From Desulfobacteraceae bacterium (GTDB taxonomy: Bacteria > Desulfobacterota > Desulfobacteria > Desulfobacterales > JAABTS01): a DNA stretch of 64,000 nt. The stretch is taken from the NCBI GenBank assembly GCA_011389735.1, contig JAABTS010000004.1:3245-67244 (forward strand), given 5' to 3'. Of this stretch, positions 48,478 to 58,503 are shown piece after piece. Numbering within the stretch: the stretch's first letter is position 1; every line of letters begins with the position of its first letter. The notes beneath the pieces were generated by a model that was not told the DNA's origin, made no database searches, and was given only the letters and a program-made list of their open reading frames with translations. The translations under genes and the position numbers were made by a program.

Positions 48478-49635
48478 ATGCTCGGTTCGCTCCCGCCTCT
48501 CCGGGCCTTAAGCAGCTATTGCCTTGAATTCGCCCTCGCCGCCGCCGATGTTGCGGATGTGGAATTTATGTCGTTTAAACGAATCTATCCGTCGTTTCTG
48601 TACCCCGGCGGAAATCTCCAGGATGATGATACTTTTCCCGGTTTCAGTCATCCGGGATTGCGCGTAAAAAGAAATCTGACATGGTGCAATCCTTTTTCAT
48701 GGATGATCGACGGTTTTTCATCGACCGGGGATTTGCTTCACGCGCAGTGGTGGAGCCTTCCTTTGTGGCCCGTATATTTCGTCATCTGCTCGATTTTCAG
48801 AATTCGTCGAAAACCTGTCGTGTTTACGGTTCATAACGTACATTCCCATGACAAAGCTCCGTTGTTTTCTTTTTTTTCCGGCCTCTTGTTTTTGTTAGGA
48901 AACCGGTTTATCGTCCATTCAAAACGAAACGAGGAACAGATGATCCGGTTTTATGGGATCGATCCGGGCAAAATAGCCGTGATTCCGCATGGAACGCTTG
49001 ATTTTCATGTCAAAAAAGAGGGGGACACGGCAGACGCTAAAGCTGTTCTGGGAATTTCGCCGGCGTCTCGAACCATACTCATGTTCGGCGCCGTCCGGCC
49101 GTATAAAGGCGTTGATACGGCAATTCGCGCATTCGCTGAAACCTTGCGCCGAATTCCGGATTCACGGCTTGTGATCGCCGGCAAATTGTGGGAATCGTGG
49201 GAACCTTACGAAAGAATCGCCGAAGATCTCGGCGTCCGGGATAAAATGATCGTCCACACGGATTATATTCCTTCCGGTGACGTGCATCGGTATTTTGCCG
49301 CGGCCGATCTGGTGATTCTCCCATACCGCCGGTTTGACAGCCAGAGCGGGGTAGGCAACGTAGCCCTGTCGTTCCGGAAGCCGATGATAGTGTCCGATGT
49401 GGGAGGACTGCCTGAATTCGTCGAAGATCGCCGGTATATCGTCCCGCCCGATGATCCCCCGGCGCTGGCCAAAGCTATGGCGGATTGCCTTGACAATCCG
49501 GACGCTTTGCGGCAAATGGCCCGATACGCCCGACAGGTTTCGGAACGATTCGCATGGCCGAAAATCGTTCAGGAAACCCTGGCCGTTTACGATTCGGTGC
49601 TCAGGGACTTTTCTTTTCGAACAGGAAAAAAATAA
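48478..49635 (+). CDS. Glycosyltransferase family 4
   Basis: TVHNV, IPHG, FG.VRPYKG, AD.V.LPY....QSG, SDVGGLPE. Confidence 0.92.
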   Translation: MLGSLPPLRALSSYCLEFALAAADVADVEFMSFKRIYPSFLYPGGNLQDDDTFPGFSHPGLRVKRNLTWCNPFSWMIDGFSSTGDLLHAQWWSLPLWPVYFVICSIFRIRRKPVVFTVHNVHSHDKAPLFSFFSGLLFLLGNRFIVHSKRNEEQMIRFYGIDPGKIAVIPHGTLDFHVKKEGDTADAKAVLGISPASRTILMFGAVRPYKGVDTAIRAFAETLRRIPDSRLVIAGKLWESWEPYERIAEDLGVRDKMIVHTDYIPSGDVHRYFAAADLVILPYRRFDSQSGVGNVALSFRKPMIVSDVGGLPEFVEDRRYIVPPDDPPALAKAMADCLDNPDALRQMARYARQVSERFAWPKIVQETLAVYDSVLRDFSFRTGKK

Positions 49636-50783
49636 TGGGATATTTAAAGGAACTCCTGCCTCAGATGTATCGCTACCGGCTGGCGAAAAACGGCCTGGCC
49701 CATCCCGGAACTCCGATCAACCTGACTTTTTCGGTGACCAATGTCTGCCAGTCGCGATGCAAAACCTGCCGTATCTGGGAACTTTATAAAAAACACCCGG
49801 AAAAACGTTTCGAGGAACTGAAAATCGATGAGATTGAAGCTATCTTCAAATCGATGGGCCACGTTTACATTTTTAATGTCAGCGGAGGCGAACCGTTTTT
49901 GCGCCCGGATTTCAATCGGATTATCGAACTGGCGGCGGACTGTTTGACCCCGGGGATCATCCATATTCCGACCAACGCCATTGCCGCGGATATGGTCGAA
50001 CGAAAAACCGCAACAATAATCCGCTTTTTAAAACGGTTTCACCCGGATATCAAATTGACCGTCAAGCCAAGCCTGGATCATATCGGCGAAAAACATGACG
50101 ACATCCGGGGAATTCCCGGTAATTTCCGGAAGGTCATGAAACTGTACGAACGGTTGAAAACGTATCAATCCGAATATCCCAATCTTCATGTGGAACTCGG
50201 CACAGTCATATCAAGATGGAACGTGTCGGATATCGAAGAAATCGCCGAATACGTGACCGGCCTGGGCGTGGACAGCTATCGAAACGAGATCGCCGAACAA
50301 CGATCTGAAATGTTCAACACGGATTCGGCCGTCACCCCGGATGTCCGGGATTATGAACGCGCAGTTTCTTTTTTTGTGAGCCGAATCCGGAAAAACATGG
50401 CCAATCGAACGTTTTTTCACCGGATAACCAACGCATTCCGGATCGTGTATTACGATCTGGCGGTCCGGATCATGCGGGAAAATCGTCAGGTGATTCCTTG
50501 TTACGCCGGCGTTTCCAATGCGCATATGACTCCCTACGGAGACATATGGCCGTGCTGTACTCTGGGATATGAAAAATCCATGGGAAATCTTCGCGACGCC
50601 GATTATAACTTCAAGCGGATCTGGAACAGCCGGCATGCGGAAGATATCCGCAGATACATTCATGAAGGGCGATGCGCCTGCCCTCTGGCGAATCAGACCT
50701 ACTCGAACATGCTGATGAATATGCCTTCGATGATGAAGGTGTTTCGGGAAATGGCGACGGATGGAAAACGGCCGGGAAAATAA
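49635..50783 (+). CDS. Radical SAM protein with SPASM/Twitch domain
   Basis: CQSRCKTC, SGGEPF, HD.IRG, CYAG......PYGD.WPC...MGN. Confidence 0.9.
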   Translation: MGYLKELLPQMYRYRLAKNGLAHPGTPINLTFSVTNVCQSRCKTCRIWELYKKHPEKRFEELKIDEIEAIFKSMGHVYIFNVSGGEPFLRPDFNRIIELAADCLTPGIIHIPTNAIAADMVERKTATIIRFLKRFHPDIKLTVKPSLDHIGEKHDDIRGIPGNFRKVMKLYERLKTYQSEYPNLHVELGTVISRWNVSDIEEIAEYVTGLGVDSYRNEIAEQRSEMFNTDSAVTPDVRDYERAVSFFVSRIRKNMANRTFFHRITNAFRIVYYDLAVRIMRENRQVIPCYAGVSNAHMTPYGDIWPCCTLGYEKSMGNLRDADYNFKRIWNSRHAEDIRRYIHEGRCACPLANQTYSNMLMNMPSMMKVFREMATDGKRPGK

Positions 50784-51447
50784 GAGCGATAAAAAAACGT
50801 TGCGAAAACGCCGCTTGCTGATTGTTTTTCTTTTTCTGCTGAGCGTTTTGGTATTGTTTTTCAGGCCGATCCTGAAGCAGATGGGACGATTCCTGATTCT
50901 GGACGAACCCCCGGTTACTTCGGACGCCATTGTGGTTCTGTACACCGGAGTCGATTATTATTCACGGTTGATCGAGGCAGCCCGTCTTTATAATGCAAAT
51001 CGGGCAGACTATATCGTCATCAACGGAAATAGAAAATCAGAAGATCTGATCACCCTGGAAAATATGGGTTTTGTCCCTTGCTGTCCCTGGTGGGAAGATT
51101 TTGTAAGGATACTCGAATTGTTTGACGCGCCGGCTGAAAATATCATTTCGGTCAGCGCGGAAGAGGCCTATGATACTGTTTCGGAAGCCGAAAGGGTTGG
51201 AACGGAGTTGATCGAAAGAGGATTTCGGAGTATTATCGTTACGACGAGCAAATACCATACCCGGCGCGCCGGCCATATCTGGAAAGACCGGTTTGCCGGG
51301 GAATTGTCGGTGCGTGTTTCCGCCGCAAAGACGGATCCGTTCGATCCTGACGCATGGTGGACTCAGGGACGGCAAATCAGGTGGGTTTTATCCGAATACG
51401 GCGCATGGGTTTATTATTATTGGAAAAAAATTACGGAACCGTTTTAA
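50761..51447 (+). CDS. YdcF (DUF218) family protein
   Basis: TM helix, DAIVVL, T..EA, VTTSKYHTRRA. Confidence 0.85.
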   Translation: MENGRENKSDKKTLRKRRLLIVFLFLLSVLVLFFRPILKQMGRFLILDEPPVTSDAIVVLYTGVDYYSRLIEAARLYNANRADYIVINGNRKSEDLITLENMGFVPCCPWWEDFVRILELFDAPAENIISVSAEEAYDTVSEAERVGTELIERGFRSIIVTTSKYHTRRAGHIWKDRFAGELSVRVSAAKTDPFDPDAWWTQGRQIRWVLSEYGAWVYYYWKKITEPF

Positions 51448-51460
51448 TGGAGACGAATGT

Positions 51461-52447
51461 ATGAAATATCTGATTACAGGAGCTACGGGATTTGTCGGGC
51501 CATACCTGATTCGGAGGCTGGCCGGAGCCGGACATTTCGCCAGATGCCTTGTGCGTGATCAAAAAAAAGCGGAATATTTGAAGGAATTGCCGGTTGAAAC
51601 GGTTTGGGGCGATATCACCAAACCGGAAACCCTCGACGGAATCGCCGACGGCGTTGACAGGGTGCTCCATCTGGCCACGCTCGGACACATGAGCAATTAC
51701 ACCGTAACTGAATCCATGTTCATGAAAATCAACGTGGAAGGTACGATGAATGTTATGGCCCAAGCGCTGCGATCAGGCGTCAAACGTATTGTGCATTGCA
51801 GTTCGGTGGCGGCGATGGGAATCTGTCCCGAATCGCCCGCCGACGAAACGACTCCATGCCGTCCTCACCATTCCTATGGACGGAGCAAACTTCAGGCGGA
51901 ACAGGAAGTCCTGAAAATGTGCCGGAAAGATGGACTTCCGGCGTCCATCGTCCGGTTTTCAATGGTCTACGGCCCGGGAGATTTCAGGGATATTTTAAGA
52001 ATATCGCGGATGGCCAAAAAATGGTATTTGCCGAAAATCGGAAAGCGGCCGAAGCTGACTCCGCTTATCCATGCTGAAGATGCTGTGGCCGGGCTTTTAC
52101 TTGCGGCTGAGAAAGGAAGCGCCGGTGAAATATATCTGTTGACCAATGAACAATCGGAACCTTTTGACGGAATACTGAAAACCATCCGGGATGCGCTCGG
52201 AATCCAATCCGGTCCGATTTATGTTCCGGAATGGGCGGCCATGGGCGCCGCACGGCTTTGCGAAACAATGTGCCGTCTGGCCGGCAAACCCCCCATTGTA
52301 ACCCGGAAAAATATTGAATCGACCCTGGCCGACAGAGTCTTTTCCATTGACAAGGCAAAGCAGGAACTCGGGTTTAAACCCCGAATCGACCCGGAACCCG
52401 GCTTGAGGGAAACAGTTGAATGGTACATAAAAAAAGGTTGGATATAA
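51461..52447 (+). CDS. NAD-dependent epimerase/dehydratase
   Basis: ITGATGFVG, SS, YGRSK, VYGPG. Confidence 0.92.
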   Translation: MKYLITGATGFVGPYLIRRLAGAGHFARCLVRDQKKAEYLKELPVETVWGDITKPETLDGIADGVDRVLHLATLGHMSNYTVTESMFMKINVEGTMNVMAQALRSGVKRIVHCSSVAAMGICPESPADETTPCRPHHSYGRSKLQAEQEVLKMCRKDGLPASIVRFSMVYGPGDFRDILRISRMAKKWYLPKIGKRPKLTPLIHAEDAVAGLLLAAEKGSAGEIYLLTNEQSEPFDGILKTIRDALGIQSGPIYVPEWAAMGAARLCETMCRLAGKPPIVTRKNIESTLADRVFSIDKAKQELGFKPRIDPEPGLRETVEWYIKKGWI

Positions 52448-52448
52448 T

Positions 52449-53261
52449 ATGAATATGGACGATAAACGCATCGAAACAGAGGTGTTCGGAGTCACCTACG
52501 ACCGTTATGTGCTCATACAATTACATGGTCTTATCGCCGGAGAATTAGGCGTTCGCACTGTGGTCGAAACGCCGAGCCACGGCGCCAAAGCCGCAGGATC
52601 GCTATATTCAATCGGGTTCGGGCTCGCCGGCGCCGATGTAACCCTGGTGAATCCGGAACCTGAAATGATGTATGGCTGGGACGAACTGAACATCAGGGAC
52701 CGGGTAACCACCGTAACGGAAGACAATATCTACCGGACCGGTTTTTCGGATAATACGTTCGACCTGGCCTGGAATTTCGTCACCTGGACCGAGCTGAGCG
52801 ATCCGGCCGCATACCTGGCTGAAATGAAACGCATTTCGAAATCATATGTATTGCTGGTGACCTGTAATAATTTTCAACCCGGTTATCCCTGGCACCGGTT
52901 GCTTCATCTGCTGTTCGGATTTCCGTGGACGCACGGGAATGTAAAATACAACCATATTACGACCGTGCGGAAACTGTTCCGCCGATCCGGAATCGACGTG
53001 ATCGACTACGGCGCCATCGACTCACCCGGCTGGCCCGATCCCAGCGGCCCCAGAGACATACGCCTTCACAGGCGGTTTACCGTCCCCAAAGAAAAACCGG
53101 TCTGGCGAGTTCCCATCATCGATTATGTGAAAAACGATTCATATCCCGGATGGATGAAACGGTTGGGAAAACTGGATATGAAATTCAGGAAAGGCGTTGT
53201 TAAATTGCCGATCAGCCATTTGTTTTACGTGCTGGGGAAAACAAATGACATTAACGGCTGA
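52449..53261 (+). CDS. Class I SAM-dependent methyltransferase-like protein
   Basis: F.DNTFDL.WN....E..DP...L.EMKR.SK; motif I is atypical. Confidence 0.65.
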   Translation: MNMDDKRIETEVFGVTYDRYVLIQLHGLIAGELGVRTVVETPSHGAKAAGSLYSIGFGLAGADVTLVNPEPEMMYGWDELNIRDRVTTVTEDNIYRTGFSDNTFDLAWNFVTWTELSDPAAYLAEMKRISKSYVLLVTCNNFQPGYPWHRLLHLLFGFPWTHGNVKYNHITTVRKLFRRSGIDVIDYGAIDSPGWPDPSGPRDIRLHRRFTVPKEKPVWRVPIIDYVKNDSYPGWMKRLGKLDMKFRKGVVKLPISHLFYVLGKTNDING

Positions 53262-53319
53262 TTTGAATCCGATGGCCGGTTTTCAGCCGGTCGGCGTGGA
53301 AGTATCGCTTACATTTAGT

Positions 53320-53650
53320 CTCCCATTCGACAGTGGTAGGTATACGAAAACAGGAAAGCTGCGCCATTCAAGGGTTACAGTCTTGCACAAATGTGGTGTA
53401 GCGCCTGCAAATTTAGGAAGCGATTTTGAAAGCCCGGACTTTTTGGGGTGGGTCTATTTTCAGCTTTTTAAGTATGTAGCGCTGAGTTTTCGTCAATTTT
53501 GTGTACTTTAGTATATGCCCGTCTTTATGTAAAATTTTTCTGAATGGAGACTTATAATTGAATAATCTGGGTAAAGAACATGGGAAAACACAGTGTGTAT
53601 GAGATTCCTGAAATAACAACCGAACAATCGTTTGCACCCGATGGGAACTC
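53320..53650 (-). mobile_element. IS remnant, probably IS1634 family (transposase C-terminus only)
   Basis: AT-rich. Minus-strand KYTKLTKTQRYILKKLKIDPP resembles IS1634 C-termini. Candidate end CTCCCATTCGACAG. Confidence 0.45.
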
Positions 53651-53683
53651 CGCTGTTTTTCAAAGACAATTAAGGAAGAGTTT

Positions 53684-53831
53684 ATGCCAATAATTTCAAA
53701 ATTTTTTGGGATAATTATAAGAATGTTTTAAGATGAACATAATCCTCCCTCCTCATTTTCATGCGGAGTATCAAGAGAATAAAGCAGTGTTTGACTTAAA
53801 TGGAAATATGCTGAAAGGAGATTTGAAATAA
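53684..53831 (+). pseudogene. DUF4160-family (toxin-like) pseudogene
   Basis: MPIISKFFGIIIRMF*DEHNPP, frameshift, PHFHAEYQENKAVFDLNGNMLKGDLK*. Confidence 0.75.
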
Positions 53832-53932
53832 CCATTTCAAAAAGAAGGCGACCTGGAAGCGCTAAAGGAATTCTTAAGATTCTATTCGATGATGACGAAC
53901 ATCTTAATGACTTCAAGGGATACATGCCATGA
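53832..53932 (+). pseudogene. 3' fragment of an antitoxin gene
   Basis: RRRPGSAKGILKILFDDDEHLNDFKGYMP*; ATGA overlap with vapC. Confidence 0.65.
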
Positions 53933-54117
53933 ATGTTTTGTTCGATACTCAGGCGCTTCTTTGGTTTCTGCTTGATGATTCACGGTTGAGTGAAAATGCA
54001 CGGGAAAGCATTGTTTCTACAGGTGGACTGATTTTTGTCAGTCCTGCAAGCCTTTGGGAGATTGCAATAAAAATAAGCATAGGTAAGTATGCGCAACCTG
54101 CCCTTTTCAGATATTAA
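53929..54117 (+). pseudogene. vapC: VapC PIN toxin truncated at a family A' MITE
   Basis: LFDTQALLW...D.RLS...VSPASLWEIAIK...GK; only 62 aa. Confidence 0.8.
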
Positions 54118-54205
54118 ATTTCAGTGTGTTATCGGTCGGAGATATACGATTTGTATTATCTCTTCCCTCTATCTTTCTGAAATGTAAAATCTGAAAACCA
54201 ATATA
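54101..54205 (+). mobile_element. Family A' MITE
   Basis: TTTTCAGATATTAAATTTCAG...CTGAAATGTAAAATCTGAAAA. Confidence 0.75.
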
Positions 54206-54264
54206 CCATGAGACCGGCTTGACATATCACAAGATCTTTGATTTTTTATAAAAGGCGTTGGAAT

Positions 54265-55758
54265 ATGAAAATGTTCAATGTGAAACTCGGGTTGATGTCC
54301 AGGATTAATTTGCTTTGCCTGTTGATTCTGGTTTGTTTTTCAGTGGTTCTCATCTGGATCCACGTGCAGATAAGAACAAAACTATACGAGCAAAAATGTA
54401 TTAAAACGCGCCATGTGGTGGAATCGGTTTACGGTATTCCGAAATATTATCATCATCAGGCGGAATCAGGGAACATGTCTGTCGAGGCGGCGAAGCGAAT
54501 GAGCGCCGATGTGATCCGGGCCCTTAGATATGAGGGGGGCGAATATTTCTGGATTAACGATTCCACGGGTTTTATGGTGATGCATCCGATTGAAAAAGCG
54601 GGCCTGGATCAAAGGAATACGATCGGCCTGGAAGATGTAAACGGAAAAAAAATCATTCAGGGGATGGTGGACGTATGCAAGGCAAAAGGCGAGGGGTTCG
54701 TGGATTATGAGTGGCCGAAGCCGGGCAGAGCCGGGCCGGAACCGAAAATTTCCTACGTAAAATTGTTCCCGGAATGGGACTGGATTATCGGTTCCGGGAT
54801 TTATGTGGATGATATTGAAACGGAAATCAGGCAGAGCGCCGTTTATGTCGGCGTTGTAATATTCATTTTGATGATTTTTGTTTTTTCGGTTTCGGTATTT
54901 TTATCAAAATCGATATCCAGACGGGTTTACCGGGTTGCGAAGGGGATTTTTTTCGGCGCCGAGCAGGTGGCGGCGGCGTCAGAGGAGACTGCGTCCACGA
55001 GTCAGGAATTGACCGCCAGCGCCAATGAGCAGGCCGCAGCCATCGAAGAAACGTCGGCGGCCCTGGAGGAAATATCCGCTATGATCCGGGAGACATCCCA
55101 TTTGACTAAAGGGGCTGATGCGCTGATGAACGAAAATATCAGGGAAAGCGCCTCTTCTTTGACCAGTCTGATTGAATTGATGAAGGTTTTGTCCAGCACG
55201 GAAAAGGACGGCGCAGAAATGGAACGGATCATCAAAATGATCGATGAAATTGCATTTCAAACCAATCTTTTGTCCTTAAATGCGGCCGTGGAGGCGGCTC
55301 GGGCCGGGGAATCCGGGGCGGGGTTCGCCGTCGTGGCCGACGAAGTGAGAAATCTGGCGTTACGAACCACCTCCGCGGCTGATGAAACCCAGAACCTGCT
55401 CGCCAACACCGGTGAACAGATCAGGCTGGCGTCGGATTATATCAAAAAAATCAATGAAGATTTCAACACCATTATTGAAACAGCCACTTCCATCGGTGAG
55501 AAAACGTCTTCCATTACCGCCGCCGCCAACGAACACGCCAAAGGGGTGCAGCAGATCGGCCAGGCCATGAGCGATATTGAAAAAGGCGCTCAAAGGGTGG
55601 CGTCGTCGTCTGAGCAGACAGCGGCGTCATCCCAAGAGTTGAGCGCCCAGGCAATGGAAATGAAGCAATTTGTCGAGGAACTGCTCATCACCATTCGAGG
55701 CTCCGGAGCGGCTAAAATCCTGGAACGAGAAAAATTCCTTGAAAAAGCCGGCTCCTAA
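54265..55758 (+). CDS. Methyl-accepting chemotaxis protein with Cache_2 sensor
   Basis: LRY...[49 protein letters not shown]. Confidence 0.95.
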   Translation: MKMFNVKLGLMSRINLLCLLILVCFSVVLIWIHVQIRTKLYEQKCIKTRHVVESVYGIPKYYHHQAESGNMSVEAAKRMSADVIRALRYEGGEYFWINDSTGFMVMHPIEKAGLDQRNTIGLEDVNGKKIIQGMVDVCKAKGEGFVDYEWPKPGRAGPEPKISYVKLFPEWDWIIGSGIYVDDIETEIRQSAVYVGVVIFILMIFVFSVSVFLSKSISRRVYRVAKGIFFGAEQVAAASEETASTSQELTASANEQAAAIEETSAALEEISAMIRETSHLTKGADALMNENIRESASSLTSLIELMKVLSSTEKDGAEMERIIKMIDEIAFQTNLLSLNAAVEAARAGESGAGFAVVADEVRNLALRTTSAADETQNLLANTGEQIRLASDYIKKINEDFNTIIETATSIGEKTSSITAAANEHAKGVQQIGQAMSDIEKGAQRVASSSEQTAASSQELSAQAMEMKQFVEELLITIRGSGAAKILEREKFLEKAGS

Positions 55759-57080
55759 ACCTTGAAAAAGCTTTCATCGAATTCAGGCCGATCCTGATAT
55801 CGGGCCATAAAAAATCCCGGCAATTGATCGATCTGGTTGAAAAGTCCTTCATCCACCGGAATTCCGGCCTGGCGCAAGGCTTTCAAGACATCCTTGGGAT
55901 CGGGCGGACATCCTTTAACGGGAATCATTTCCTTGATATCCGGATGATCCTTGTTGGCCTTGTACATGCATTTTCCGAGAAGAATCGTTTTCTCCATTCC
56001 CGGAGTGGGCGTCATTTGTTTTCCGGTCAAAATTTCGACGTTGTTCCAGGGTTCCCCCTTCCAGGCGAATTTAATCGCTGACAGAACGACTCCGTTCAAT
56101 GCGGAACAATAGGTACACATGGAAAGGTCGTATTTGCGGTAAAACAGGCCTTTGATTCCCTGTTTGGCCATGGGGGCGGGCATAACGCCCTCGTCCGTTT
56201 TGCTGTATGCAAAATCATATTCATGATAGGCCGCCAGTTCTTCGATTGATTCGCCGGCGATATCGATGTCGGACATGTCCACGGGGCGTTTTCGACCGGC
56301 CGCCGCATGCGCCAGGTGCGGCACGTTTGCGGGGTCGTGCCCAAGTATACGGCATCCGGCCAGATCCGCCGATAAAATATCCCAGGATGCGATCAAGATG
56401 TTTTTGCGATGCATTTTGCCGTCGAACGCAGGGCCCCGCTCCAGGGAGTAGATACCGTCGATCAGCGTGAAAATGGGCGGGGTTTTGTCCGCCAGCCGGC
56501 TGACATAGAAATTGAGATCTTTTTCCGGGTCCGCGCTGTGGCATTTTTTTCTTGACGGAATATTGATCGTTCCTTTCAGATTTTTTATCCCGAGGCTCAC
56601 CATGGTCTGGTTATGGGATTTGAGAACAGGAAGATCGATCACAAAATCACTGTTCAGCATGTCCGTGTTGAAACTCAATTCAATACCGTCTCCGAGATCC
56701 ACTTTTTCAAACGGCCTTTCCATGACATTGACGGCTTTGACTCCATACCGTTTTTCCAGTTCCTTGTATCCCAGCGTTTCAAAAGCATGCGCGGGCGTTT
56801 CTTTATCTTTTGCCGAGGCCGTCACCACGCCTTCGCCGATGGTGATATCATCAATCCCTTTATCTTTCAGCAGTACAACCATGTCATGAATGACACGCGA
56901 CGTGGTGATAACGCCCCATTTGGGGAATGGAACGGACTTCGTCCAAAATACGATGTTCGGCTTGATGAATATTTTTGATCCCGAAGAAATCCGATCCAGC
57001 CCCCCGGCCATCCCGACCGCTTTTTTGACTGATTCGAGGGGCTCTTCATATCGAACAATCGCAACCGTGTGTTTTTGCAT
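55755..57080 (-). CDS. DUF362-domain Fe-S protein
   Basis: IKPN, I.IGEG, PVLKSH....[11 protein letters not shown]; C-terminal CTYC/GKC/GCPP. Confidence 0.85.
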   Translation of the reverse strand: MQKHTVAIVRYEEPLESVKKAVGMAGGLDRISSGSKIFIKPNIVFWTKSVPFPKWGVITTSRVIHDMVVLLKDKGIDDITIGEGVVTASAKDKETPAHAFETLGYKELEKRYGVKAVNVMERPFEKVDLGDGIELSFNTDMLNSDFVIDLPVLKSHNQTMVSLGIKNLKGTINIPSRKKCHSADPEKDLNFYVSRLADKTPPIFTLIDGIYSLERGPAFDGKMHRKNILIASWDILSADLAGCRILGHDPANVPHLAHAAAGRKRPVDMSDIDIAGESIEELAAYHEYDFAYSKTDEGVMPAPMAKQGIKGLFYRKYDLSMCTYCSALNGVVLSAIKFAWKGEPWNNVEILTGKQMTPTPGMEKTILLGKCMYKANKDHPDIKEMIPVKGCPPDPKDVLKALRQAGIPVDEGLFNQIDQLPGFFMARYQDRPEFDESFFKV

Positions 57081-57137
57081 GTCTCCTCCTTTAAAAAAAC
57101 TCGCTAAAAATATTTTAAGATTTTGAAATCAAAAGGA

Positions 57138-58397
57138 TCATTTTGCATAATGGCGCCATACGAGAACAGCAAGGAAAACCGTAACCGGCAACAGCGTAAA
57201 AAACGCTCGCTTATAAAACCGGTAAGCGGAACGGAGCGTATCTATGGATTCATTCGGGGATTCATTCGGGGATTCATTCGGAATATCCAAGCGCGTTGAG
57301 TTTATAAAGCGTTCAATTTCCATGGCTTTTACGCGGCGGCCGTTGGCTTTCAAGGCCGTGATACTTTTTTTTAAATTTTTTAACGCTGCTTTTTCTTTCC
57401 CTGCCGTATCAATCTTTCCCTCGCCGTATAAGGCCTTGATATTGAGGAAGCGGCCATAAGCGCTGTCGGCTTCCCTCGCGCTTTTCTCGGATTCCGCTTT
57501 TTCCAGGCGTTTTTGAGCTTCAATGGTTTTATTCAGTTCCGACAAAGTCCTTTCAACAGACGAAATATATTTAAGGATCTGTTCTTTTCTGTTTTCGTCG
57601 CCGATATCGTCAAATAGATTCGAATAACGTTCCAACGCTTCTTTCTGGCGAATCAGGGATTGGCTGTTGGATGGCTCGGCCTTTGTCGCCTTGAAATCCT
57701 GAAAAACGCCATGAACCTGGTTCAGGATGAAGCCCGACGCCCGGCGGCTGACCCGATCTATTTCTTTCCATGCCAATGTCAGCGAGTTACGAAGATTTTG
57801 AACCGATTCTCCGATAAACGGTTCTTCTTTTAAACCGATATATGCAGATTCGATTTCCCGAAGCTGAGCCCGCATTTTGGAGAGTTTCTTGAGCGATTCA
57901 ATCGATTGGGTTTCGTTTTTCGGCATTTCGATTTCGGAGTTGTCGATTCGTTTTCGAACCATATAGGCGGCCAGGGCGAGATCATCGGCTTTGACGGCTT
58001 TTTTGTGAAGATTTTCGTAAAGGGTTCGTTTTCGATTGAAAATTGCTATCAGGTCATCGTCCTTCAATGCGTTCAGCGCTGCGGTGATCATGACTTCAAG
58101 GCGGCTTTTACAGGACTTGTAACTTTCATAAGTGTCATGATCCGCCTGCTCACGATCCATATAAAGGCCGCCCTTGTTTTTTATCATGAGCGCGGCGTTG
58201 AACAAATACGGCAAGTGCGCCTGGATTTCCCCCCGGTTGTGGAATTCGACGATTTCACGAATATTTTTTTCCATGGTTCCAATCACTGCATCGGGAATTG
58301 TTTTTTTATCGGACGATAAGAACCCGTCATTGATTCTGGCCTGAATGATTTTATCCAGTTCGTTTTCGAGACGAATGTGTTTTTTTTTTTGATTCAT
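57138..58397 (-). CDS. Hypothetical alpha-helical protein with C-terminal membrane anchor
   Basis: 419-aa ORF, coiled-coil character, C-terminal TM (AFFTLLPVTVFLAVLVW). Confidence 0.75.
   Translation of the reverse strand: MNQKKKHIRLENELDKIIQARINDGFLSSDKKTIPDAVIGTMEKNIREIVEFHNRGEIQAHLPYLFNAALMIKNKGGLYMDREQADHDTYESYKSCKSRLEVMITAALNALKDDDLIAIFNRKRTLYENLHKKAVKADDLALAAYMVRKRIDNSEIEMPKNETQSIESLKKLSKMRAQLREIESAYIGLKEEPFIGESVQNLRNSLTLAWKEIDRVSRRASGFILNQVHGVFQDFKATKAEPSNSQSLIRQKEALERYSNLFDDIGDENRKEQILKYISSVERTLSELNKTIEAQKRLEKAESEKSAREADSAYGRFLNIKALYGEGKIDTAGKEKAALKNLKKSITALKANGRRVKAMEIERFINSTRLDIPNESPNESPNESIDTLRSAYRFYKRAFFTLLPVTVFLAVLVWRHYAK
57246..57281. repeat. In-frame 12-bp tandem repeat x3 (PNES)
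   Basis: (GGATTCATTCGG)3. Confidence 0.85.
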
Positions 58398-58503
58398 TGT
58401 AATGAGGTGAATATGAGCGAAAAAAAAGGTTCATCAGCGGCGTTCGTTTTCACAAACGGCGCTTTCCATAAAGATCCGGATAAGGGGGATGATAAAAAAT
58501 GGT

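Noticed and set aside
148-54205. Family A palindromes as integron attC sites
   Set aside because: No consistent RYYYAAC/GTTRRRY boxes, flanking genes lie on both strands and include housekeeping genes, there is no integrase, and TA duplications indicate transposition.
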